Of a stretch of DNA of 64,000 bases, positions 22,427 to 33,528 are shown in pieces. The stretch comes from Escherichia coli (GTDB lineage: Bacteria > Pseudomonadota > Gammaproteobacteria > Enterobacterales > Enterobacteriaceae). The notes below the pieces were generated by a model, which saw only the letters and a program-made list of their open reading frames with translations, did no database searches and was not told where the DNA came from. Location of the stretch: assembly GCF_046105845.1 (NCBI RefSeq), contig NZ_CP151004.1; one strand, given 5' to 3'. Every line of letters starts with the position of its first letter. The first letter of the stretch is position 1. The position numbers and the translations under genes were made by a program.

Positions 22427-24082
22427 ATGACTCATCTTCCCCACTGGTGGCAAAACGGCGTTATCTACCAGATTTATCCAAAGAGTTTTCAGGACACCAC
22501 GGGTAGCGGCACCGGCGATTTACGTGGCGTTATCCAGCGCCTGGACTATCTGCATAAACTGGGCGTTGATGCCATCTGGCTAACCCCCTTTTATGTCTCT
22601 CCCCAGGTCGATAACGGTTACGACGTAGCGAACTATACAGCGATTGATCCCACCTACGGCACGCTGGACGATTTTGACGAACTGGTGACACAGGCAAAAT
22701 CGCGCGGGATTCATATCATTCTCGATATGGTGTTTAACCATACCTCTACCCAACATGCCTGGTTTCGCGAGGCGCTGAACAAAGCAAGCCCTTACCGCCA
22801 GTTTTATATCTGGCGCGATGGAGAACCAGAAACGCCACCGAACAACTGGCGTTCAAAATTTGGTGGTAGCGCGTGGCGCTGGCATGCGGAAAGCGAACAG
22901 TACTATTTGCATCTCTTTGCACCAGAACAGGCGGATCTCAACTGGGAGAATCCAGCGGTACGCGCAGAGCTGAAAAAAGTCTGTGAGTTCTGGGCCGATC
23001 GTGGGGTCGACGGGTTGCGCCTGGATGTGGTGAATCTGATCTCCAAAGACCCGCGTTTCCCTGATGACCTGGATGGCGACGGGCGTCGCTTCTACACCGA
23101 CGGGCCACGAGCACACGAGTTTTTGCACGAGATGAACCGCGATGTGTTTACGCCACGCGGGTTAATGACCGTAGGTGAAATGTCCTCCACCAGCCTTGAG
23201 CATTGCCAGCGATACGCGGCACTGACAGGCAGTGAATTGTCGATGACCTTTAATTTTCATCACCTGAAAGTCGATTATCCCGGTGGTGAAAAATGGACGC
23301 TGGCTAAACCTGACTTTGTAGCGTTGAAAACATTGTTCCGCCACTGGCAACAAGGAATGCACAACGTGGCATGGAATGCCTTGTTCTGGTGTAACCACGA
23401 TCAGCCGCGCATTGTTTCTCGCTTTGGTGATGAAGGTGAATACCGCGTGCCTGCGGCAAAAATGCTGGCGATGGTGCTGCATGGCATGCAGGGAACGCCA
23501 TATATCTACCAGGGCGAAGAGATTGGCATGACTAACCCACATTTCACGCGCATTACTGACTATCGCGACGTGGAGAGCCTCAATATGTTTGCCGAGCTGC
23601 GCAACGATGGGCGTGATGCCGACGAGTTATTGGCAATCCTCGCCAGTAAATCCCGTGACAACAGCCGCACGCCCATGCAATGGAGCAACGGCGATAATGC
23701 CGGGTTTACGGCTGGCGAACCGTGGATTGGCCTGGGCGATAACTATCAGGAAATCAACGTAGAAGCCGCGCTGACCGATGAGTCCTCGGTGTTTTACACC
23801 TACCAAAAGTTAATCGCACTGCGTAAGCAAGAAGCCGTTCTGACATGGGGCGATTACCAGGATCTGCTGCCAAACAGCCCTGTATTGTGGTGCTATCGCC
23901 GTGAATGGAAGGGGCAAACCTTGTTGGTCATTGCCAACCTTAGCCGTGAGATCCAACCCTGGCAGCCAGGGAAAATGCTCGGCAACTGGCAGCTTGTGAT
24001 GCATAACTACGAAGAAGCCTCACCACAACCCTGTGCCATGACTTTACGGCCTTTTGAGGCTGTCTGGTGGTTACAGAAGTAA
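22427..24082 (+). CDS. treC: trehalose-6-phosphate hydrolase TreC (GH13)
   Basis: 551-aa ORF from ATG 22427 (MTHLPHWWQNGVIYQIYPKSF...) with alpha-amylase family motifs (GVDGLRLDVV, FWCNHD). Confidence 0.95.
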   Translation: MTHLPHWWQNGVIYQIYPKSFQDTTGSGTGDLRGVIQRLDYLHKLGVDAIWLTPFYVSPQVDNGYDVANYTAIDPTYGTLDDFDELVTQAKSRGIHIILDMVFNHTSTQHAWFREALNKASPYRQFYIWRDGEPETPPNNWRSKFGGSAWRWHAESEQYYLHLFAPEQADLNWENPAVRAELKKVCEFWADRGVDGLRLDVVNLISKDPRFPDDLDGDGRRFYTDGPRAHEFLHEMNRDVFTPRGLMTVGEMSSTSLEHCQRYAALTGSELSMTFNFHHLKVDYPGGEKWTLAKPDFVALKTLFRHWQQGMHNVAWNALFWCNHDQPRIVSRFGDEGEYRVPAAKMLAMVLHGMQGTPYIYQGEEIGMTNPHFTRITDYRDVESLNMFAELRNDGRDADELLAILASKSRDNSRTPMQWSNGDNAGFTAGEPWIGLGDNYQEINVEAALTDESSVFYTYQKLIALRKQEAVLTWGDYQDLLPNSPVLWCYRREWKGQTLLVIANLSREIQPWQPGKMLGNWQLVMHNYEEASPQPCAMTLRPFEAVWWLQK

Positions 24083-24094
24083 ATCTTCCCTAAG

Positions 24095-24124
24095 CCCCGG
24101 TAATGCCGATCATTCCGGGGTTTT
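24095..24124 (+). terminator. rho-independent terminator of treBC
   Basis: ccccggtaatgccgatcattccgggg hairpin followed by TTTTG. Confidence 0.7.
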
Positions 24125-24146
24125 GTCTGTCAGCATGTTGTTTTTG

Positions 24147-24329
24147 TTGATTTTTCAACCAGCAAATTCATTAAAAAATTTACATATCGCTGTAGCGCCC
24201 GTCATCCGTACGCTCTGCTTTTTACTTTGAGCTACATCAAAAAAAGTTCAAACATCCTTGATGCAAAGCACTATATATAGACTTTAAAATGCGTCCCAAC
24301 CCAATATGTTGTATTAATCGACTATAATT
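24147..24329 (+). promoter_or_regulatory. nrdDG promoter region with FNR-like and NrdR-box-like motifs
   Basis: TTGAGctacATCAA (24227-24240) is one mismatch from the FNR consensus; AT-rich palindromic boxes cactatatatag and cccaatatgttgtat; tataat at 24324-24329. Confidence 0.45.
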
Positions 24330-24475
24330 GCTACTACAGCTCCCCACGAAAAACGTGCGGCGTTGTGGATAAGCGGATGGCGATTGCGGAAAGCACCGGA
24401 AAACGAAACGAAAAAACCGGAAAACGCCTTTCCCAATTTCTGTGGATAACCTGTTCTTAAAAATATGGAGCGATC

Positions 24476-26614
24476 ATGACACCGCATGTGATGAAACGAG
24501 ACGGCTGCAAAGTGCCGTTTAAATCAGAGCGCATCAAAGAAGCGATTCTGCGTGCAGCTAAAGCAGCGGAAGTCGATGATGCCGATTATTGCGCCACTGT
24601 TGCCGCGGTTGTCAGCGAGCAGATGCAGGGCCGCAACCAGGTGGATATCAACGAGATCCAGACCGCAGTTGAAAACCAGCTGATGTCGGGTCCATACAAA
24701 CAACTGGCTCGTGCTTACATCGAGTACCGTCACGATCGCGACATTGAACGTGAAAAACGCGGTCGCCTGAACCAGGAGATCCGTGGCCTGGTCGAGCAGA
24801 CCAACTCCTCGTTGCTCAACGAAAACGCCAACAAAGACAGCAAGGTGATTCCAACCCAGCGCGACCTGCTGGCCGGGATCGTGGCTAAACACTATGCACG
24901 CCAGCACCTGCTGCCGCGTGACGTGGTGCAGGCACATGAACGTGGCGATATTCACTATCACGATCTCGATTACTCGCCGTTCTTCCCGATGTTCAACTGC
25001 ATGTTGATCGACCTGAAAGGCATGCTGACCCAAGGCTTTAAGATGGGGAACGCCGAGATTGAACCGCCGAAGTCGATCTCTACGGCAACCGCTGTAACTG
25101 CGCAGATTATTGCTCAGGTCGCCAGCCATATTTATGGCGGCACCACCATTAACCGTATCGATGAAGTGCTGGCACCGTTTGTCACCGCCAGCTACAACAA
25201 ACATCGCAAGACCGCAGAAGAGTGGAACATCCCGGACGCCGAAGGCTACGCTAACTCTCGTACCATCAAAGAGTGCTACGATGCCTTCCAGTCGCTGGAG
25301 TACGAAGTAAACACCCTGCACACCGCCAACGGTCAAACACCGTTTGTGACCTTTGGTTTTGGTCTGGGCACCAGCTGGGAGTCGCGCCTGATTCAGGAAT
25401 CTATCCTGCGTAATCGTATCGCAGGCCTCGGTAAAAACCGTAAAACTGCGGTGTTCCCGAAACTGGTGTTTGCGATTCGCGATGGCCTGAACCATAAAAA
25501 AGGCGATCCGAACTACGACATCAAACAGCTGGCGCTGGAGTGCGCAAGCAAGCGCATGTATCCGGATATCCTGAACTACGATCAGGTAGTGAAAGTCACC
25601 GGTTCGTTTAAAACCCCGATGGGCTGCCGCAGCTTCCTCGGCGTGTGGGAAAATGAAAACGGCGAGCAGATCCACGATGGTCGTAACAACCTCGGCGTGA
25701 TCAGCCTGAACCTGCCGCGTATTGCTCTGGAGGCAAAAGGCGATGAAGCCACCTTCTGGAAGCTGCTGGATGAACGTCTGGTGCTGGCACGTAAGGCGCT
25801 GATGACCCGTATCGCTCGTCTCGAAGGCGTGAAAGCGCGCGTGGCCCCGATCCTCTATATGGAAGGTGCTTGTGGCGTGCGTCTCAATGCTGACGATGAT
25901 GTTTCTGAAATCTTCAAAAACGGTCGTGCGTCTATTTCGCTGGGTTACATCGGCATCCACGAAACCATTAACGCGCTGTTCGGCGGCGAGCATGTTTACG
26001 ACAACGAGCAGCTTCGCGCGAAAGGTATCGCGATTGTTGAACGTCTGCGTCAGGCGGTGGATCAGTGGAAAGAAGAAACGGGTTATGGTTTCAGTCTCTA
26101 CAGCACGCCAAGTGAAAACCTGTGCGACCGCTTCTGCCGTCTCGATACCGCTGAGTTTGGCGTGGTGCCGGGCGTGACCGATAAAGGTTACTACACCAAC
26201 AGTTTCCACCTTGATGTGGAGAAAAAGGTGAACCCGTATGACAAGATCGACTTTGAAGCGCCTTACCCGCCGCTGGCGAACGGTGGTTTCATTTGCTACG
26301 GCGAGTATCCAAACATTCAGCACAACCTGAAGGCGCTGGAAGATGTCTGGGATTACAGCTATCAGCATGTACCGTATTACGGCACCAATACGCCGATCGA
26401 TGAGTGCTACGAGTGTGGCTTTACCGGCGAGTTTGAGTGCACCAGCAAAGGCTTCACTTGTCCGAAATGTGGTAACCATGACGCCTCCCGTGTGTCGGTG
26501 ACTCGCCGCGTGTGCGGATATTTAGGTAGCCCGGATGCACGTCCGTTTAACGCTGGTAAGCAGGAAGAAGTTAAGCGCCGCGTTAAACATTTGGGAAATG
26601 GGCAGATAGGTTAA
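24476..26614 (+). CDS. nrdD: anaerobic ribonucleoside-triphosphate reductase NrdD
   Basis: 712-aa ORF with N-terminal ATP-cone, C-terminal Cys-rich zinc site and the glycyl-radical region. Confidence 0.97.
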   Translation: MTPHVMKRDGCKVPFKSERIKEAILRAAKAAEVDDADYCATVAAVVSEQMQGRNQVDINEIQTAVENQLMSGPYKQLARAYIEYRHDRDIEREKRGRLNQEIRGLVEQTNSSLLNENANKDSKVIPTQRDLLAGIVAKHYARQHLLPRDVVQAHERGDIHYHDLDYSPFFPMFNCMLIDLKGMLTQGFKMGNAEIEPPKSISTATAVTAQIIAQVASHIYGGTTINRIDEVLAPFVTASYNKHRKTAEEWNIPDAEGYANSRTIKECYDAFQSLEYEVNTLHTANGQTPFVTFGFGLGTSWESRLIQESILRNRIAGLGKNRKTAVFPKLVFAIRDGLNHKKGDPNYDIKQLALECASKRMYPDILNYDQVVKVTGSFKTPMGCRSFLGVWENENGEQIHDGRNNLGVISLNLPRIALEAKGDEATFWKLLDERLVLARKALMTRIARLEGVKARVAPILYMEGACGVRLNADDDVSEIFKNGRASISLGYIGIHETINALFGGEHVYDNEQLRAKGIAIVERLRQAVDQWKEETGYGFSLYSTPSENLCDRFCRLDTAEFGVVPGVTDKGYYTNSFHLDVEKKVNPYDKIDFEAPYPPLANGGFICYGEYPNIQHNLKALEDVWDYSYQHVPYYGTNTPIDECYECGFTGEFECTSKGFTCPKCGNHDASRVSVTRRVCGYLGSPDARPFNAGKQEEVKRRVKHLGNGQIG

Positions 26615-26620
26615 TCCTTC

Positions 26621-26660
26621 CACCCTCACCCTAACCCTCTCCCTCAAGGGAGAGGGTACC
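26621..26660. repeat. GC-rich palindromic intergenic repeat (boxC-like), copy 2
   Basis: caccctcaccctaaccctctccctcaagggagagggtacc, near-identical to 2726-2762; begins 7 bp after the nrdD stop. Confidence 0.5.
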
Positions 26661-26794
26661 GTTCCGTGCCCCTTCCTGATTCCCGACATAATGAATTGCC
26701 TCTGGCCAGTTGGTGTCGTCGCAAGGTGGCCGTAGCATCGGGGGACTTCGCCCGTACGCACCAGAGCAGTCATGGCGTCAATTGAGAAGCGAAA

Positions 26795-27259
26795 ATGAAC
26801 TTTCATCAGTACTATCCTGTCGACATCGTCAACGGCCCCGGCACTCGCTGCACCCTGTTTGTCTCCGGGTGTGTTCATGAATGCCCCGGTTGCTATAACA
26901 AAAGCACATGGCGGGTAAATTCCGGTCAGCCATTTACCAAAGCAATGGAAGACCAGATCATTAACGATCTGAATGACACTCGCATCAAACGCCAGGGGAT
27001 TTCCCTCTCCGGCGGCGATCCGCTGCATCCGCAAAACGTGCCGGATATTCTGAAACTGGTACAACGCATCCGCGCCGAATGTCCGGGTAAAGACATTTGG
27101 GTGTGGACAGGCTATAAACTCGACGAACTCAACGCTGCGCAAATGCAGGTTGTTGATTTGATTAACGTACTGGTCGACGGCAAATTTGTGCAGGATTTAA
27201 AAGACCCTTCCCTGATCTGGCGCGGCAGCAGCAATCAGGTGGTGCATCATTTGCGATGA
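26795..27259 (+). CDS. nrdG: anaerobic RNR activating protein NrdG (radical SAM)
   Basis: 154-aa ORF with CxxxCxxC-type cluster (CVHECPGCYN). Confidence 0.95.
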   Translation: MNFHQYYPVDIVNGPGTRCTLFVSGCVHECPGCYNKSTWRVNSGQPFTKAMEDQIINDLNDTRIKRQGISLSGGDPLHPQNVPDILKLVQRIRAECPGKDIWVWTGYKLDELNAAQMQVVDLINVLVDGKFVQDLKDPSLIWRGSSNQVVHHLR

Positions 27260-27263
27260 TAAG

Positions 27264-27295
27264 TTCCCTGTTACCTGAGTGCAGGCAACAGGGAA
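27264..27295. terminator. bidirectional terminator hairpin between convergent nrdG and cybC
   Basis: ttccctgtt acctgagtgcaggc aacagggaa inverted repeat between the two stop codons. Confidence 0.6.
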
Positions 27296-27303
27296 ATAAG
27301 GAA

Positions 27304-27693
<390 letters not shown>

Positions 27694-27872
27694 TCACTTC
27701 CTTTTTTATTTACACTTCATCCTTCACACTGCCTCATCGACGGCTACGCTCATTCGCCCGGGTCACGTACTGCGAGTACGCTCCCCGGCTCTCATTCACT
27801 TTTCGTCTCGATGCAGTGCGAATGATTTTGTGTAATTTTTTAGTTTATAGCGCGGCAGGTCGCGCCAGTTTT

Positions 27873-29225
27873 TTACTGCCCGGCGATTTTCATCTCCGGC
27901 AACAGCACAGAACCACACTGTATATTACTGCGTGTTTCAATATCGTTACCGACGGTGACAATATTGCGCCACATATCTTTTAAATTACCTGCGATGGTGA
28001 TTTCGCTCACCGGATACTGAATTTCGCCATTCTCTACCCAGAAGCCCGCTGCACCACGGGAATAATCACCGGTAATGGCACTCACGCCCTGGCCCATCAG
28101 CTCCGTCACCACCAGCCCTGTGCCCATCTCTTTGAGCATTTGTTCGAAGCTTAGCCCTTGTCCGGCAATCCGCCAGTTGTGAATACCGCCCGCATGTCCG
28201 GTGCTTTTCAGCCCCAGTTTCCGCGCCGAATAGCTGGTCAGCAGCCACTGAGTCAGGATGCCATCTTTAATAATATCGCGACGCTCGGTGCGCACACCTT
28301 CGCTGTCGAATGGCGTCGACGCCAGCCCTTTCAGCAGATGCGGATGCTCTTCAATGGTCAGCCAGTCCGGCAGAATTTGTTTACCCAGCGAATCCAGCAG
28401 GAAGGTAGATTTACGGTAAACCGATCCACCCGCTATCGCCCCCACCAGATGGCCAAAAAGCCCGGTTGCCACTTCATTGGCAAAAATGACCGGCGCTTTC
28501 ATGGTGGAGAGTTTACGCGGTGACAGGCGCGATAAAGTGCGGCGAGCACAGTCGGCCCCGACCCACTCTGGCGTTTGCAGATCGCTCATCGCACGACCAA
28601 TGGTGTAGGCGTAATCACGCTCCATATCGCCATTTTCTTCGGCAATTACACAGCTGGAGAGCGAATGACGCGTTGAGCAGTAACCCTGCAACATGCCGTG
28701 GCTGTTGCCAAAAACTTTGACACCGTAGTGGCTGTTAAAGCTGCCACCTTCGGTATTGGTGATGCGTTTATCCGCCTGCAATGCCGCCTGTTCAGCGCGG
28801 GCCGCCAGTTCAATGGCTTCATCCGGGGAAACTTCCGCAGGGTGGAACAAGTCGAGATCCGGTGCGTCAAAGGCCAGCAGCTCTTTGTCTGCCACGCCGG
28901 CACAGGGATCTGGCGAGGTATAACGGGCAATATCCAGCGCCGCCTGTACGGTGCGGGCAATGGCCTGCGGGCTTAAATCGGTAGACGATGCGCTACCTTT
29001 GCGGTTCTGGTGATAAACAGTGATCCCCAGCGCGCCATCGCTATTGAATTCAACATTCTCCACTTCACCATAACGCGTGCTTACGCTAATGCCGGTGGTC
29101 TTGCTGACGGCAACTTCCGCACCGTCCGATTTGCCTGAGGCCAACTCCAGCGCAGTGGAAACTGCTTCTTCCAGAATCTTGCGCTGCGCTTCAACTTGAG
29201 AGATTACTTTCATTGCAAGTGCCAT
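27873..29225 (-). CDS. pmbA: metalloprotease PmbA (TldE)
   Basis: 450-aa [25 protein letters not shown]..., TldD/PmbA family. Confidence 0.95.
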
Positions 29226-29318
29226 AATGTAGAGAGTTTCTCTGAAGTCTAACAGAGAACCGTTTTTCAGTGCGCATCTTAACTGGTAACATTAGCCTCT
29301 TTTTTTAAGGAGCCTGAG

Positions 29319-29870
29319 ATGACTAAGCAGCCCGAAGACTGGCTCGACGACGTTCCCGGTGATGACATCGAAGACGAAGACGATGAAATTATCTGGGTCA
29401 GTAAAAGTGAAATTAAACGTGATGCCGAGGAGCTAAAACGCCTTGGCGCGGAAATTGTTGATCTGGGGAAAAACGCGCTGGATAAGATCCCGTTAGATGC
29501 GGATCTGCGCGCGGCTATTGAGCTCGCCCAGCGTATTAAGATGGAAGGTCGCCGCCGCCAGTTGCAGCTCATCGGTAAGATGCTGCGCCAGCGCGACGTA
29601 GAGCCTATTCGTCAGGCGCTGGATAAGCTGAAAAACCGTCACAACCAGCAGGTGGTACTGTTCCATAAACTGGAAAACCTGCGCGATCGTCTGATCGATC
29701 AAGGTGATGATGCCATCGCTGAAGTATTGAATCTGTGGCCCGATGCCGATCGTCAGCAGCTGCGTACTCTGATCCGCAACGCGAAGAAAGAGAAAGAAGG
29801 GAATAAGCCGCCGAAATCCGCACGCCAGATTTTCCAGTATCTGCGCGAACTGGCGGAGAATGAAGGGTAA
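29319..29870 (+). CDS. darP: ribosome-associated protein DarP (YjgA, DUF615)
   Basis: 183-aa charged [38 protein letters not shown]...; AAGGAG RBS. Confidence 0.9.
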
Positions 29871-29896
29871 TTTTCGTTGTTGATGTGAGTATGGTT

Positions 29897-29929
29897 TGCC
29901 GGATACGGTGTAAACGCCTTATCCGGCAA
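29897..29929. repeat. REP element
   Basis: tgccggatacggtgtaaacgccttatccggcaa between the yjgA and mpl stops. Confidence 0.6.
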
Positions 29930-29952
29930 TGCTATATCAGGCTGAGGCCGAA

Positions 29953-31326
29953 TTACTGCGCAGCTTCCGCCTTCTTCGCCAGCCCATCCAGCAGTTTCTG
30001 ATGGATCCCACCAAAACCGCCGTTGCTCATCACCAGAATATGGTCGCCAGGCTGAGCGGTTTTCACCACCATATCTGCCAGCGTATCCACATCGCCGCTC
30101 CAGTGTGCAGGCTGAACGCAGGCTTCTGCCACTTCTGCCACCTGCCACGGAATATGCGACGGTTGCAGCAGGAAGACTTCATCGGCACGACCTAGTGACG
30201 GTGCCAAATCATCTTTGCAGATCCCCATTTTCATGGTATTCGAACGCGGCTCCAGCACAGCAATAATGCGCGCCGTACCACCAACTTTGCCACGCAGCGC
30301 CGCCAGCGTTGCCAGAATCGCAGTCGGGTGATGGGCGAAATCGTCATATACCGTCACGCCATTGGCTTCACCACGCAACTCCAGACGGCGACGAGCATTA
30401 ATAAACGAACCCAGCGCGTTAGCGGCATCTGCCGGCGCTACGCCAACATGGCGGGCCGCCGCAATCGCCATCAGGCCATTATGCATATTATGTTCGCCTA
30501 CCAGCGACCATTTCACTTCGCCCACTTTTTCGCCATCCAGCAAGACTTCCCATTCGGAAGCATCGGTGGTTAGCTTTTTCGCCTGCCAGTGACCCTGCTC
30601 GCCCACCAGCTCCTGCTCGCTCCAGCAGCCCATCGCCATGGTCTGTTTCAGGTTGATGTCGTTTTCCGGCCAGATAATACGGCCCTGCCCCGGAACGATA
30701 CGCACCAGATGGTGGAACTGTTTCTGGATCGCTTTCAGGTCGTCAAAGATATCGGCGTGATCGAACTCAAGGTTGTTGAGGATCAGCGTACGCGGGCAGT
30801 AATGGACAAATTTAGAGCGTTTGTCGAAAAAGGCGCAGTCGTACTCATCCGCTTCGATAACAAAGAAGTCGCTTTCGCCCAGACGCGCCGAGACCTCAAA
30901 GTTCCCCGGCACACCGCCGATCACAAATCCGGGTTTGTAACCGCACTGTTCCAGAATCCAGGTCGCCATTCCCGCCGTGGTGGTTTTGCCGTGTGTACCG
31001 GCGACGGCCAGCACCCAGCGGTCGCGCAGCACAAAATCGTGCAGCCACTGCGGACCTGACATATAAGGGATGTTTTTTTCCAGTACCGCTTCCACACACG
31101 GATTTCCACGGGTCATGGCGTTGCCAATAATCACCAGATCCGGCTGCGGGTCGAGCTGGCTGGCATCGTAACCCTGAATCAGTTCAATGCCTTGCTTCTC
31201 AAGTAAGGTGCTCATCGGCGGATACACATTGGCGTCCGAACCCGTTACTTCATGGCCTAACTGGCGCGCCAGCATCGCCAGACCGCCCATAAACGTGCCA
31301 CAAATTCCTAAAATATGAATGCGCAT
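29953..31326 (-). CDS. mpl: UDP-N-acetylmuramate:L-alanyl-gamma-D-glutamyl-meso-DAP ligase Mpl
   Basis: 457-aa Mur-ligase family ORF (GTHGKTTT P-loop). Confidence 0.95.
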   Translation of the reverse strand: MRIHILGICGTFMGGLAMLARQLGHEVTGSDANVYPPMSTLLEKQGIELIQGYDASQLDPQPDLVIIGNAMTRGNPCVEAVLEKNIPYMSGPQWLHDFVLRDRWVLAVAGTHGKTTTAGMATWILEQCGYKPGFVIGGVPGNFEVSARLGESDFFVIEADEYDCAFFDKRSKFVHYCPRTLILNNLEFDHADIFDDLKAIQKQFHHLVRIVPGQGRIIWPENDINLKQTMAMGCWSEQELVGEQGHWQAKKLTTDASEWEVLLDGEKVGEVKWSLVGEHNMHNGLMAIAAARHVGVAPADAANALGSFINARRRLELRGEANGVTVYDDFAHHPTAILATLAALRGKVGGTARIIAVLEPRSNTMKMGICKDDLAPSLGRADEVFLLQPSHIPWQVAEVAEACVQPAHWSGDVDTLADMVVKTAQPGDHILVMSNGGFGGIHQKLLDGLAKKAEAAQ

Positions 31327-31501
31327 ACGTCACTATCCTTTTTTAATCTGCCGCTCATTTTACGCATATGTCGGGCAAGTGAGAAACGCATTTCAGGATA
31401 ATCCGTAATTTGCTGGCGCGATTCACCTGAGCGCAACATTGAGATTATTTGTTAAGATTGTTGCGGTCGCTTTACTCCATAAACATTGCAGGGAAAGTTT
31501 T

Positions 31502-32500
31502 ATGAAAACGTTAGGTGAATTTATTGTCGAAAAGCAGCACGAGTTTTCTCATGCTACCGGTGAGCTCACTGCTTTGCTGTCGGCAATAAAACTGGGCGCC
31601 AAGATTATCCATCGCGATATCAACAAAGCAGGACTGGTTGATATCCTGGGTGCCAGCGGTGCTGAGAATGTGCAGGGCGAGGTTCAGCAGAAACTCGACT
31701 TGTTCGCTAATGAAAAACTGAAAGCCGCACTGAAAGCACGCGATATCGTTGCAGGCATTGCCTCTGAAGAAGAAGATGAGATTGTCGTCTTTGAAGGCTG
31801 TGAACACGCAAAATACGTGGTGCTGATGGACCCCCTGGATGGCTCGTCCAACATCGATGTTAACGTCTCTGTCGGTACCATTTTCTCCATCTACCGCCGC
31901 GTTACGCCTGTTGGCACGCCGGTAACGGAAGAAGATTTCCTCCAGCCTGGTAACAAACAGGTTGCGGCAGGTTACGTGGTATACGGCTCCTCTACCATGC
32001 TGGTTTACACCACCGGATGCGGTGTTCACGCCTTTACTTACGATCCTTCGCTCGGCGTTTTCTGCCTGTGCCAGGAACGGATGCGCTTCCCGGAGAAAGG
32101 CAAAACCTACTCCATCAACGAAGGAAACTACATTAAGTTTCCGAACGGGGTGAAGAAATACATTAAATTCTGCCAGGAAGAAGATAAGTCCACCAATCGC
32201 CCGTATACCTCGCGTTATATCGGCTCACTGGTTGCGGATTTCCACCGTAACCTGCTGAAAGGTGGGATTTATCTCTACCCAAGCACCGCCAGCCACCCGG
32301 ACGGTAAACTGCGTTTACTGTATGAGTGCAACCCGATGGCATTCCTGGCGGAACAAGCGGGCGGTAAAGCGAGCGATGGCAAAGAGCGTATTCTGGATAT
32401 CATCCCGGAAACCCTGCACCAGCGCCGTTCGTTCTTTGTCGGCAACGACCATATGGTTGAAGATGTCGAACGCTTTATCCGTGAGTTCCCGGACGCGTAA
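31502..32500 (+). CDS. fbp: fructose-1,6-bisphosphatase class 1 Fbp
   Basis: 332-aa ORF from ATG 31502 ([15 protein letters not shown]...), FBPase motifs. Confidence 0.97.
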
Positions 32501-32508
32501 TCCCCTGC

Positions 32509-32534
32509 GCCTCTCCACACGGAGAGGCGTTTTT
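32509..32534 (+). terminator. rho-independent terminator of fbp
   Basis: cgcctctccacacggagaggcg hairpin followed by TTTTT. Confidence 0.8.
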
Positions 32535-33528
32535 ATCGCTGCGCAATGTTGACTCTTGTCACTGGCGAACTCTGACGATTCTCCCACAGCACTGTTAATC
32601 CACGCTGTAATGCTATAAAAATAAACAACAAAATGCCGATGGCGATTTTCGTCCACCAGGAACTCAGCGTACCGTCAAAGTTGATATATGTCTGAATCAG
32701 TCCCTGAATCGCCACACCAAATAGCGTTCCCAGCACCGTTCCTACCCCACCACTTAACAACGTACCGCCAATCACCACCGACGCGATGGCGTCCAGTTCC
32801 ACACCTACGCCCGCCAGCGCATATCCGGCCTGGGTATAAATCGAGAAGACAATCCCCGCCAGCGTTGCCAGTCCGGTGGAAAGCATATAAATGCGAATAG
32901 TGGTGCTGCGCGTGGAAATCCCCATCAGGTTCGCCGACGTTGTGTTGCCGCCAATGGCGTACACCTGATTACCAAAACGCGTACGATGCGCGAGGAATAT
33001 GCCGATAACCACCACCGCCAGCATCAGCAGCCCCATCGCACTTAAACGACCGCCGCCAGGGATTTTCCATGCAAGGCTTGAGAGCGTGTCATAAACAGGA
33101 TGATTTATCGGGATCGACTCTTCCGAAACGAGATAGCTGACGCCACGCAAAAAGAACATTCCTGCCAGAGTAATGATAAACGCCGGGATCTTCAGGGCGT
33201 CGATCAAAAGCCCCATAAATGCGCCAAAGGCACAGCCCATCACCAGCACCAGTGGAAACGCCAGCAGCGGCGAGAGGCCGAAATCGCCAATCACTTTTGC
33301 CAGAAACACGCCGGTAAAGGCGATCACCGAACCGACGGAGAGATCGATCCCACCGGAGAGGATCACAAAGGTCATGCCAACAGCGATGATCCCCAGAAAA
33401 GCGTTATCGGTCAGGATATTGCAGATCACTCTTGTGGAAGCAAAACCGGGAAACTGGGTCAGGCAGTAGAAATAACCCAGCACAAAGACGCCGATGGTGA
33501 TCATCAGTGGCAAATTACGTTTTATCAC
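32533..33528 (-). CDS. yjfF: galactofuranose ABC transporter permease YjfF
   Basis: 331-aa multi-pass ORF; GTG start at 33526-33528; overlaps ytfT stop. Confidence 0.9.
   Translation of the reverse strand: MIKRNLPLMITIGVFVLGYFYCLTQFPGFASTRVICNILTDNAFLGIIAVGMTFVILSGGIDLSVGSVIAFTGVFLAKVIGDFGLSPLLAFPLVLVMGCAFGAFMGLLIDALKIPAFIITLAGMFFLRGVSYLVSEESIPINHPVYDTLSSLAWKIPGGGRLSAMGLLMLAVVVIGIFLAHRTRFGNQVYAIGGNTTSANLMGISTRSTTIRIYMLSTGLATLAGIVFSIYTQAGYALAGVGVELDAIASVVIGGTLLSGGVGTVLGTLFGVAIQGLIQTYINFDGTLSSWWTKIAIGILLFIFIALQRGLTVLWENRQSSPVTRVNIAQR

Noticed and set aside
24524-26479. 651-aa ORF on the minus strand antisense to nrdD; similar long antisense ORFs occur within valS (4043-5116), cycA (56001-56486) and tamB (39758-42683 region).
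   Set aside because: They lie fully inside well-supported genes on the opposite strand, have low-complexity or Arg-rich translations, and lack RBS and homology signatures; they are the usual stop-codon-poor antisense frames of GC-rich coding DNA.
27842-27862. Hairpin gcgcg-gcaggt-cgcgc followed by a T-run on the plus strand, just downstream of pmbA.
   Set aside because: The T-run is on the wrong strand to terminate pmbA and points into the pmbA 3' end; it could be a cybC promoter-region feature, but there is no clear terminator logic.
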